Source of the DNA: the human T2T-CHM13v2.0 reference genome, Homo sapiens
DNA length: 64,000 nucleotides
Assembly (NCBI RefSeq): GCF_009914755.1
Contig: NC_060925.1
Strand: one strand, 5' to 3'
Numbering within the stretch: the stretch's first letter is position 1; each line of letters starts with the position of its first letter. Positions 1 through 9,977 of this stretch are shown one piece after another. The notes beneath the pieces are model-generated. The model saw nothing but the letters and a program-made list of their open reading frames with translations, searched no databases and had not been told where the DNA came from. The position numbers and the translations under genes were made by a program.

Positions 1-49
1 TTTAAAAATCCTAAATAAACTATTAGCTAGCTAAGCCCAAAAGTATACC

Positions 50-500
50 TTCTTTACATATGTATTATGATCAGATGGATTTCATTCCATAAATGTAACA
101 TCACAAAATCTGTTAATACACTTCAGTAGTAGACTAAAGGAGATAATTCTTATAAATATATCAATTGATATCAATTGATGAAAAGCATTTTTTTTTTTTT
201 GCTAAAGATGATCACCTTAAGGAATAAATAACTCTTAGAAAACTAAGAAGAATGTTCCTTAATTTGGGAAAGAGTATATACAAACAACCTGGAGCAAATG
301 TTATGTTTAATAGAAAAAATTTAAATGCGCCCCCCTTAAGATCTGGAAAAAGACAAGGATGCCCACGACCACACCTGCTGTTTAAACCAATTACTGGAGG
401 TACTGGAAAATGCTAAAAGAAAAAGAAATAAGGGGTATAAATTGAAAGGAGGGGATAAACTTGTCATTATTTGCAGATAACATGGTCATCTTTCTCTAAA
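50..500 (+). mobile_element. Old L1 (L1M) ORF2 reverse-transcriptase region fragment
   Basis: A-rich strand with L1 ORF2 remnants: 'cccccttaagatctggaaaaagacaaggatgcccac' and 'ttgtcattatttgcagataacatg' (decayed LFADDM motif). Boundaries approximate. Confidence 0.75.
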
Positions 501-819
501 TATCTGGAATCCATTGCCACTGCTACAACCTTAGTTCAGTTTCCCAACACCTCTAACCTAGATAGTCACAACTGCCCTCTAGTCTCCTAAACTCTGGCCT
601 GGTCCACCTTCCACAGCGCACAGTCTGCCTGTCTTTCCTTCTTCCTTTCCTTCTTCCCTTCATTCCTTCCTTTTATTATAGAAGAGGTACACATTCATTA
701 TAGAAAGTATAGAAAATATAAATTGCCAGATAAAAACAAGTGATGGAATCATTTCAGTTTAGTCCTTTCCAGAATTTTTTCTATGTATATACACATTTAT
801 AAAAAAAAGAGAGACCACT

Positions 820-1040
820 AACTTTCCCTGACCAGATTATGGAAAGCAGTTCTCCATCCCATCGCTCTATTTCATTTCCTTCCTAGCTCTTGTTACCATC
901 AAAACTTACATTATCAATTTTATTGTCTATTTCCTTAGTGTTTCTCCTTCTCCACTAAATATAAGCTCCACCAGTAGCTATTTGTATCTCGTTCACCCAC
1001 TGCATGCCCAGAGTCTAGAACAGTGCCTGGCACATACATT
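820..1040 (+). mobile_element. L2 3' end fragment
   Basis: 'ataagctcc...cactgcatgcccagagtctagaacagtgcctggcacata' matches the L2 3' terminus. Confidence 0.7.
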
Positions 1041-1999
1041 CCTTTATGTACTGTGATCCCTGTCTTCACAGAAATGAGTCTATTAGAGATATATATTAAA
1101 CAAGTAATTACACAATTAATTAACTACAACTAGGGTCAAGTGTTTCAGGCAGCCAATTGCTCTCTCCCTTTCTGGCTCCAAGGACCATTTCCTTACCCTG
1201 TGGACAATTTCTGCTGTAAGACTGTGACTTCCTCCGGCAACTGTTTGGAGCTCAGTGGATCCATCCAGGAATCAGACCCAGGAACAGGTTTGTACCTCCA
1301 GGCCTAGTTCTCCAAAGTTTTGGGGACTAGTCAGGCTTGTGGCTACAGCTGTTGTATCCCCTTGTCTTCTCCAGGCCAGAACAGGCTACACCACTTATAG
1401 CTAACTTGCGCAAACTGTCTGCTCCTCTAGTCCCTGCTGGTATCTTTGGCAGGTCTCGACTTGGGGTCTGGCCTTCTTAATGCCTTAACAAGCCCCACCC
1501 TATCCCACAGGCTATGTGTCCTTCAAATTGACAGGCTGGTTTGCAGACTGCTGAAGCTGGGAGCTGCTTTCCTTGTCCCTTGTGCCCTTCCTCAGGACCT
1601 CCTGTCTCTCTCTTTCCAGGAAGATCCCCAGGTTTATTCCCTTGAGGGATACTTCTAAGCTGGTTCCTGCTTGGGGCTGTGTTTTGGGCTTCTTCGTAGC
1701 CCAAAGAGTGCAGCTAGCTCCTGTACTAGTGAAGTGCCACGAAGCTGGCCTCCAGGAAATCCCCACGAGGCCACAACCCACAGCTATCTCCATCAGAGGA
1801 GGTGCAAATGAGGGCCCACACCTTACTCCATTTTGGCAGCCGCCCTAGGAAGCTCTGCCTTTATTTCTTCATCTTCAAGCTTATCACAATTTGAAGTTTA
1901 TCTCTTCACCTCCAAGCTTAGCACAGTGCCTAGTACATATTAGCACTTAATGAAGAGGGGGCAATTCAAATCATTAACTCATTTAATAAAAAAATAGTA

Positions 2000-2150
2000 A
2001 ATGTCCCACGCACCGTGCTAATGTTTTACAAGGATTCTTGGTATTTCATTTACACAGGTGCCATTACAATTTCCATTCGGCAAATAAAGAAAAAGGTCCA
2101 GAGAAATTAAGTGACTTCCCAAAGTCACAAAGTTCTGGTATCTCTTCACT
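2000..2150 (-). mobile_element. MIR fragment
   Basis: 'cagagaaattaagtgacttcccaaagtcaca' is the reverse MIR core. Confidence 0.6.
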
Positions 2151-2339
2151 GCCTGAGACGCAACGGAGCATCGTAGAGGGAAAATGCCAGAAAGCAGGCA
2201 GTGCACCAATGAAAACAGGCTCGCGGGAGAACCAAAGGGTGGCAAGCTCAGCACGGCCAGTAGCTTTCACCCTCGGTTGCCAGTCGGCTTCGTTTCCTAC
2301 AACACCGACCGGAAGTGTTTCTGTCGGCCGCGTTCCGAA

Positions 2340-2417
2340 TGAGCACCGCCGGAAGTTTCTGCCGCGGCTTTGCGGGGACGGGGGAGTGGTAGTGGGGGCT
2401 GCAGCTGCCGGACCCAG
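2340..2417 (+). other. DMAP1: DMAP1 probable non-coding exon 1 (5' UTR); start approximate
   Basis: Donor cccag|gtgcgg at 2417/2418. Candidate acceptors at 2553, 2599 and 2639 (tctctcag|gcgcgATG). Confidence 0.6.
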
Positions 2418-2643
2418 GTGCGGAAGTGCGAGGGCCCAGGTGGCTGAAGGGGCCGTTAGGAACATCCAAGCGGTGGGGCACAGGCAGATCCCCGACCTGA
2501 CCTGGACCACCCTTCTCCTCTTGGCCCGCCCCTTCAACTCGCCTCCGCTTAGGTCTGGATTGGCCCCGCCCCCTGACCTGAGCCTGGTCCTTCTTCAGGC
2601 ACTGACCCTTGACCTCCGGTGGCTCCCCCATCTCTCAGGCGCG

Positions 2644-2748
2644 ATGGCTACGGGCGCGGATGTACGGGACATTCTAGAACTCGGGGGTCCAGAAGGGGAT
2701 GCAGCCTCTGGGACCATCAGCAAGAAGGACATTATCAACCCGGACAAG
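2644..2748 (+). CDS. DMAP1: DMAP1 coding exon 1 (MATGADVRDILELGG...IINPDK); DNA methyltransferase 1-associated protein 1, NuA4/TIP60 and SRCAP subunit (Swc4/Eaf2 orthologue)
   Basis: gcgATGG Kozak context; 105 nt; donor aag|gtagca; matches the known DMAP1 N-terminus. Confidence 0.97.
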
Positions 2749-3239
2749 GTAGCAGGGGCACCTGAAAGCGTTGGCTAGGGGAGGGTAGGGGAGTGAAGAT
2801 GGGGAGGAGTGACAACGGGCAAGGGATGGGTGCTACACTTACAGTGAGTTGGGCGATAAAAGGGGTGACATAACAGGACAGGGAATATGTGTCATCCTTG
2901 ATGGGAGGGAGGAGATGGGACATCGTGGGAGATGGTGGGACCAAGAGGGTATGACACCTCTAAGAGCTGAGAGGACCAGGCAAGTGTGATTTTTGCAAGA
3001 TATTGTTGGGGAGAGATCAAGACATTGTAACAGTCTGAGAGTTGGTGGGATGGGGAGGGGACTGCTCTGATTTGGGCGTAGGATGGTGTTCCTGGGAGTG
3101 GGTTTCTGTGCCTTTACAGTGTGTCAGTTTGCCTGTCATTGACCCTGTAGGTGCTGCTTTGTTCAGGGATTGAGCTGGACTAAAGAATTTTCAGGAAAGG
3201 GTCTAGGTTGTGGTTCCTTTCTGTGGTTTCCTTCCTCAG

Positions 3240-3331
3240 AAAAAATCCAAGAAGTCCTCTGAGACACTGACTTTCAAGAGGCCCGAGGGCATGCACCGGG
3301 AAGTCTATGCCTTGCTCTACTCTGACAAGAA
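3240..3331 (+). CDS. DMAP1: DMAP1 coding exon 2 (KKSKKSSETLTFKRPEGMHREVYALLYSDK-K)
   Basis: Acceptor cttcctcag|; 92 nt; non-canonical GC donor aa|gcaagt is required to keep frame with the next exon. Confidence 0.93.
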
Positions 3332-3592
3332 GCAAGTATTGGAGTCCCAAGTCCCCCAGGTTTTGGCCCCTGATTCACCTGCCATGCCCCTAACTCCTAG
3401 TTTTCTCTAACAATTTTCTCCTCCCCAGCAAGGGCTCCTGCTTGCTTAGCAGGATGCAGGAGGACCTGAAGTCTTTTGCTCCAGGACATGACTTTCTTGC
3501 TATAGGGTAGGGTAGATCAGCTCCCTGGGACAAAAAGCTCTTTAACACACCTTCTGATTCTAACCTCGCATCTCCCTAAACCTCCCTGCCAG

Positions 3593-3788
3593 GGATGCAC
3601 CCCCACTGCTACCCAGTGACACTGGCCAGGGATACCGTACAGTGAAGGCCAAGTTGGGCTCCAAGAAGGTGCGGCCTTGGAAGTGGATGCCATTCACCAA
3701 CCCGGCCCGCAAGGACGGAGCAATGTTCTTCCACTGGCGACGTGCAGCGGAGGAGGGCAAGGACTACCCCTTTGCCAGGTTCAATAAG
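3593..3788 (+). CDS. DMAP1: DMAP1 coding exon 3 (DAPPLLPSD...DYPFARFNK)
   Basis: Acceptor cctgccag|g; 196 nt; donor aag|gtaagc. Confidence 0.97.
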
Positions 3789-4089
3789 GTAAGCTACCTT
3801 CATTCGGACACAGGCCAAGATTGCCCTCCCACTTTGAGCCATTTGTGCGAGCTCTCCAGTCTCCTAGGGTTGGTTCTGGGGGCACGCTTATGCCCAACTG
3901 TGATTACCCACTCAATCCTCGTGGCAAATGCATGCAGAGTAGGACTCTGTGGGTCTTTTCTGCCCAAGGGATCCTGTTCTTTCCCGGACCTGCTCTGGTT
4001 TTTCATGGCTTTTCTTGGTCTTTCAAATGTTGCTGTTCCTCAGAGCTGTATCCTAGGTGCTCTAGTCTTCTTGTTCTCTACTTTCTTAG

Positions 4090-4680
4090 TATGAACCCTG
4101 TGGCTTCAGTTACCCTCTCTACAAGTCACCAATCCAGAGCAGTGCTTCCTTCGCATCCAGTCATTTACTAATATCTCTTTCTCAATGCCCCACAGGTACC
4201 TTACATCAGGTAGGTACCCTGAACAGAGCTCATCATCTTCCCTCTGTCAGTCCCAAATCTGTTCCCCATCTCAGTGAATGGCACTATCTTCCACCCAGTT
4301 GCCCAAACCAGAAACTTGGGGGATCGTCCTCGACTTAGTCTTCTCCCTTAGTCCTCACAGTATTTAAATCAACAACAGAACAAAGAAGGTAGGGGAAAAC
4401 AAACAACAAACATGTAAGGAAATAAATTGGAGTCTTTCAAATAAGAGCCGTCAGTAACACGAAACCAGGATTTGAATGGATATGAAATGAGATAAAGAGT
4501 GAACTTGTAGGTGTAGGGGAGTCCTACCTTAGGTTGGTCAGGGAGGGTCTGAGAACGTGGCATTTGAGCTGGATGCCAGTGATACATCTATTTATTGAGT
4601 CCTGTTGATTCTTTTTCCATAATAAATCACATCTCTGACTATATTCTTCATCACTATGCCAGCCCCCTAGTCCAAGCTGA
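4090..4680 (+). mobile_element. L2 fragments in DMAP1 intron (with an oppositely oriented piece at ~4350-4590)
   Basis: 'ccccatctcagtgaatggcactatcttccacccagttgcccaaaccagaaacttggg' is typical of L2. Confidence 0.6.
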
Positions 4681-5050
4681 GTTACCTGTGTAGCTCAGCA
4701 GAGCACGGCCTTCCCAGACTCACCCATTCAGTGAGAGGCAGAGCTAGATTGGGCTAGGTTTCCTAGTCCATTACTTAAGTCATTGTACAGTGTGGCCTCA
4801 CAGCTGCTGCGGCCTGGAATAGCCTAGACTTAGATCCTAAAAGCCTCATTTACCTCTTCTCTAACCAATCTTTGTCCCTGGGCTGGAGTGTCACTTGTTA
4901 TACCCTATGTATCAAACTTCCCACACGGTACCAAAATTGTTTTTTCAGCTGCAGTATGAGCTTTGAGAGGCTAGGATCCCTGCCTGTCATATGCAGCACT
5001 GTGTCTCCAGCATAGGTATTGCAGCCCCATGGTAAATATTTGTTGAATGA

Positions 5051-5418
<368 letters not shown>

Positions 5419-5429
5419 CCTGAGTTGTT

Positions 5430-6560
5430 GGTTTGTTTGTTTTTTAGTTAAATTGAATTAAAATGCATAGGAGAAATATGTAACCAAACCTGGGAAACCA
5501 GAGAGACTTCCCAGAGGAGATGATGCCTGAGAGCTCGAAAGGTTGAGAAAGTTACCTAGGTAGAAGGAATGTGGAAGTGGAAGGCATTTCAGGCAAGAGC
5601 AGAGGTCAAGGGGGAAGTCTGCTATGTTCTAGAAACTGCTAGTCATTTGGCTGCAGTTTAGGGTTCATGAGGGACAGTGGCTGCAGGAGGAGGCCAGGTC
5701 ATTTATTTGTATGTTCATTAATTGATTTGGTAGACACTGATACATACAGTGTGCTGAGTCCTAAAGGTGCGAGATGAACTGGACAACCCTTGCTCTTCAG
5801 GAGTTTGTGAATTATCTAGAAGATGCTTTATCTTAGATGGAGAGCTTCTGAGGAGTTTAATAAGGGATAGTTGGGGGTAATGATAAGATATATATTCTAG
5901 AACACTAGGACAGTGTGTCTCAAATCATCTGTGGTGAAGGACATTTTTCTATTTTATTTCTAAACCATCAGAGACTGATAAAGATAATAAAATTATAAAG
6001 ACAAAATACAAGTCCATGTTTCTTCATATTAGATTCAACAGCATACAATTGCTGTAAAATTGTTACGTAAGTTTTTCAGTGTGTACTCTCAGTTTCCATT
6101 CTCATCATAGACCAGGGGTAAGTGTAAACAGCACTGGTTTGCAGACTATCCTTTAAGTAGCACTGTTCAAAGAGATCACGTCTTAGCTGCAGATGGAGAA
6201 TTGATTGGAAGCGGATTGAATGTGGGCAGAGATCAGTAGCGAGGCTATTTCTCTGATCCAGGCATGTGACAGTGGGTAGGCCGACGGAGAAGTGGCAATG
6301 GAGACAGAAATTTTGGAGGTAAAAGCCACAGATTTGGTGAAGGGGAGGAGTCAAGGGGAAAGATAGGAATTAAGATGCCTCCCAGGTTTCTGGCTTGAGC
6401 AGCTGGGTTGGGTGATGGTGATATTGACTGAAATCTGGACTGGAGAAGATAATGTTTGAGAGAGGGCCATGAGTTCAGTACTGAGCTAAGTTTGAGGTTC
6501 CTTGGGGCCTCCAGTAGGAGATGTCCAAAAGGCGACCAGTTTTGGAGCTGGTTGTGGTCT
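5430..6560 (-). mobile_element. L2 fragments, interrupted by a hAT/Charlie-like MITE at ~5910-6165
   Basis: 'ccaggtttctggcttgagcagctgggttgg...gatattgactga' is reverse L2; the MITE is bounded by cagtg...cactg termini. Confidence 0.6.
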
Positions 6561-7200
6561 TTAACTGAGAAGAGAGACTTCCCTGATGTAGTCTAGCACT
6601 GACTCCTTCCTTGGGTCTCTGACAGACTCAGCTCGTGGTAGTGCTATTTGTCTCTGGGGGAGGTCTGTGGAAGAAGGGAGGAAGGGGCATTGGCAGGGCT
6701 GCGTATGTTGGTAGTAGGATTCAGGCCCAGCTTCTGTAGAGATGCCTGACCTTGGCAAACTCTGGGGGAGTGGCAAGTCCCACTGTGCCCACTGGGTGGC
6801 AGTAGTGCTTCAGATGAGTTGTATGGACTAGGGGTTGCTGGGCCTTTCTCCAGGTAATTAGCCATCTGTCCTACTCCAGAGTTGACCTTTGGACTCCACA
6901 GAAGCACTTACATGTGGGCCCCTCACCTTAACTATGGGGGCAGGAGTGTGTGTCCCATGACTGAGGCTCTGGAGCTGGAGACAGTGAAGTTGATCCTGGA
7001 ATAAATCAGAGGCAGGCTACAGTCCCAAACCCTGCTAGGACCTCTAGTCAAGCAGACAAGTTCTTTCCTCACTCCATGCTGCAGGGGCACAGGCCCAGGG
7101 TCTGGCAACAAACAGGAGCAGCTGTGGTCACTGGGGCCTGGAGCCTGCTGGACATGACATCATGCGGGCATGCCCCTACTGTGTCCCTCTGTGCTAGTAG

Positions 7201-7359
7201 ACTGTGCAGGTGCCTGTGTACTCGGAGCAGGAGTACCAGCTTTATCTCCACGATGATGCTTGGACTAAGGCAGAAACTGACCACCTCTTTGACCTCAGCC
7301 GCCGCTTTGACCTGCGTTTTGTTGTTATCCATGACCGGTATGACCACCAGCAGTTCAAG
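7201..7359 (+). CDS. DMAP1: DMAP1 coding exon 4 (TVQVPVYSEQEY...YDHQQFK), start of SANT/Myb-like domain
   Basis: Acceptor ctagtag|act; 159 nt; donor aag|gtgagc; WTKAETDHLFDL SANT motif. Confidence 0.96.
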
Positions 7360-7477
7360 GTGAGCCATTGTGTATTTGCATGGGTGCCCAGCTTCTGGGT
7401 CTAGCAGGCCCTACTTTTATGCCATCTCTTCCACATGCCCCTGAATGTTCATTCCTCTACCCTGTCTTGCTCCTCAG

Positions 7478-7645
7478 AAGCGTTCTGTGGAAGACCTGAA
7501 GGAGCGGTACTACCACATCTGTGCTAAGCTTGCCAACGTGCGGGCTGTGCCAGGCACAGACCTTAAGATACCAGTATTTGATGCTGGGCACGAACGACGG
7601 CGGAAGGAACAGCTTGAGCGTCTCTACAACCGGACCCCAGAGCAG
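7478..7645 (+). CDS. DMAP1: DMAP1 coding exon 5 (KRSVEDLKERYY...RTPEQ)
   Basis: Acceptor tcctcag|aag; 168 nt; donor cag|gtaagc. Confidence 0.97.
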
Positions 7646-7945
7646 GTAAGCCCAAGGCCACATACCTGTCCTCCATGCCCCAAACCCCTTGCTCATTGTC
7701 TCCATCCTCCATCCCCTCAACTCCCACTCCCAGGTCCCCCTGCCTCCCACTGATACCTTATTAACTGCCCCAAGCCCATTCCTACTTCTCATGGGCCATC
7801 CCCCCTGCTTTTCATAGCCCTTCACCTCCCTCATGATCCATTACTTCTCAGATTCCCTCACAGACAGCCCAGCACCCTGTCACCTCCGTGTCTACCCTCA
7901 CTCCTAGAAGTGCCCTCACACACTTCGCATCCCTCACTTTCCCAG

Positions 7946-8131
7946 GTGGCAGAGGAGGAGTACCTGCTACAGGAGCTGCGCAAGATTGAGGCCCGGAAGA
8001 AGGAGCGGGAGAAACGCAGCCAGGACCTGCAGAAGCTGATCACAGCGGCAGACACCACTGCAGAGCAGCGGCGCACGGAACGCAAGGCCCCCAAAAAGAA
8101 GCTACCCCAGAAAAAGGAGGCTGAGAAGCCG
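7946..8131 (+). CDS. DMAP1: DMAP1 coding exon 6 (VAEEEYLLQELRK...KEAEKP), coiled coil
   Basis: Acceptor ttcccag|; 186 nt; donor ccg|gtgcgg. Confidence 0.96.
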
Positions 8132-8295
8132 GTGCGGAGGTTCCGCCAGCCTAGCTCAGGGTGGAAGGGTCACCTGGCACAAGGCCTCACCCCGAGTGGA
8201 GGGTTCTGAGAGCACCCAGTGCTGATGGGGTGCTAGGACTAACCCTGGGCCCTCTCCCTGTGACACCTTGGTCTCCATAATGCCTTCTCCCCCAG

Positions 8296-8367
8296 GCTGT
8301 TCCTGAGACTGCAGGCATCAAGTTTCCAGACTTCAAGTCTGCAGGTGTCACGCTGCGGAGCCAACGG
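8296..8367 (+). CDS. DMAP1: DMAP1 coding exon 7 (AVPETAGIKFPDFKSAGVTLRSQR)
   Basis: Acceptor ctcccccag|; 72 nt; donor cgg|gtacgt. Not in the ORF track; translated by hand. Confidence 0.95.
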
Positions 8368-8695
8368 GTACGTGAGTCACCTCCTTTAGCAAGTTTGGGT
8401 CCTGGGCTCTGCTCTGGGCTCCATGTGTCCCAAACGCTGCAGGCAGGTGGGGATGGAGCAGTAGGAGAGATTGCTGCAGACAGAGGTGGCCTTGGCAGGA
8501 TCTCAGTGATGTGGCCAGGCTAAGGTCATAGCAGCTTTCACTATATTCAGCTTCCTGGCTATTTCCTTTTCTGGCCCATAGTTAACCTCCATGTGTTACC
8601 GTCTCTCTTCCACCATCTTTCCCTCTGCCTTTTGTCCCCTTCATCCTAAGCCTCTTGTGGCTGGGACAGGCTTAGCTTGCCAGCTTTCATTGCAG

Positions 8696-8768
8696 ATGAA
8701 GCTGCCAAGCTCTGTGGGACAGAAGAAGATCAAGGCCCTGGAACAGATGCTGCTGGAGCTTGGTGTGG
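8696..8768 (+). CDS. DMAP1: DMAP1 coding exon 8 (MKLPSSVGQKKIKALEQMLLELGV-E)
   Basis: Acceptor ttgcag|; 73 nt; donor g|gtgagt. Confidence 0.96.
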
Positions 8769-8906
8769 GTGAGTGTGGGGACTGGGCCCCATAGGGTGTA
8801 CCCACCCGAGGCTGTGGATATAGGTTGGGCAGGGGGAGGGGAGTTCACATTGCTGGCCCTCTACCACACCTGGGCTCTGCCCGTGCTGCCTGCCGCCTGC
8901 CTGCAG

Positions 8907-9199
8907 AGCTGAGCCCGACACCTACGGAGGAGCTGGTGCACATGTTCAATGAGCTGCGAAGCGACCTGGTGCTGCTCTACGAGCTCAAGCAGGCCTGTGC
9001 CAACTGCGAGTATGAGCTGCAGATGCTGCGGCACCGTCATGAGGCACTGGCCCGGGCTGGTGTGCTAGGGGGCCCTGCCACACCAGCATCAGGCCCAGGC
9101 CCGGCCTCTGCTGAGCCGGCAGTGACTGAACCCGGACTTGGTCCTGACCCCAAGGACACCATCATTGATGTGGTGGGCGCACCCCTCACGCCCAATTCG
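8907..9199 (+). CDS. DMAP1: DMAP1 coding exon 9 (LSPTPTEELVH...APLTPNS)
   Basis: Acceptor ctgcag|ag; 293 nt; donor tcg|gtaaga. Confidence 0.97.
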
Positions 9200-9448
9200 G
9201 TAAGAGTCTGGACAGGCTGGGAGGCACGCCTGGGCCCTGCGAGTGAGCACATGCACATGGGTGTAGGGGCTCCTCTCCCTCTAGTGCCTGCAGCAGGAAC
9301 GATCATCACTTCTGTGCGAGTCTGAGACTGAGGGTAGGAGTGGGTTGACCAGTGGGCGTCCTTGTCCCTGAGCGTGTGAAGCACATGCACTAAGCCTGAC
9401 TCAGGCCTTGGGGGGTCACTGACCTCAATGCCTTCTGTGTATCCTCAG

Positions 9449-9508
9449 AGAAAGCGACGGGAGTCGGCCTCCAGCTCATCTTCCGTGAAGAAAGCCAAGA
9501 AGCCGTGA
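9449..9508 (+). CDS. DMAP1: DMAP1 last coding exon (RKRRESASSSSSVKKAKKP*), basic NLS-like tail
   Basis: Acceptor atcctcag|; TGA at 9506-9508; the ten exon lengths sum to 1404 nt = 467 aa + stop. Confidence 0.97.
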   Translation, partial: RKRRESASSSSSVKKAKKP

Positions 9509-9543
9509 GAGGCCCCACGGGGTGTGGGCGACGCTGTTATGTA

Positions 9544-9549
9544 AATAGA
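9544..9549 (+). terminator. DMAP1: DMAP1 variant poly(A) signal AATAGA; very short 3' UTR
   Basis: 'ttatgtaAATAGAgc' with an upstream UGUA and a U/C-rich tract at ~9573-9596; no + strand AATAAA nearby. Confidence 0.65.
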
Positions 9550-9977
9550 GCTGCTGAGTTGGACCAGGCTGCTTCCTTTTCCTTTCCTTCACTTCTGATG
9601 CCCCTAGTGGGAAGGGTGGGCAAGGAGGGGATTGTCACGGCCACTCCACAGCGTGGCAGATAGGTTTGCCTGTGTTCAGGCCCTTAGCAGCTCTCTGACC
9701 ACTAACCACTACCAGTTTCACCCAAATTCCTGCACCTCAGAGCACCTGTGGTTTACACTCAAGATGGCTTTGCACACAGCTTGTACTGATAGTCGCCGCG
9801 CTTACACAGATGTGTGCATATTGAGTGAGGGTGTCACAGGTGCTGCAGTGACGGCCAGTCACACATGGATGGCTTTGTGCACAGAGGCAGTCTGGAGCAT
9901 GCTCTACCTACCTTCACATCCTGACAGCTTTGGCGCAGCAGCAGCCTCACACACACAGATGGCTTTGCACACACACC

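Larger units (their letters stand above)
2200..2760 (+). promoter_or_regulatory. DMAP1: DMAP1 CpG-island, TATA-less promoter with ETS/GABP sites
   Basis: High CpG density; CCGGAAGT at 2309-2316 and 2349-2356; GCGGAAGTG at 2420-2428; reverse CCAAT (gattgg, ~2558) next to a GC box (ggccccgccccc, ~2562-2573). Confidence 0.85.

Noticed and set aside
1145-1850. Possible LTR remnant upstream of DMAP1
   Set aside because: Composition is suggestive, but I cannot assign a family or boundaries from memory.
2038-2778. 246-aa ORF as an independent gene
   Set aside because: Only codons from ATG 2644 to 2748 are DMAP1; the rest runs through a MIR, the promoter and intron.
9598-9612. CTCF-like CCACTAGGGGCA between the convergent genes
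   Set aside because: One G short of the core spacing; too weak to call.
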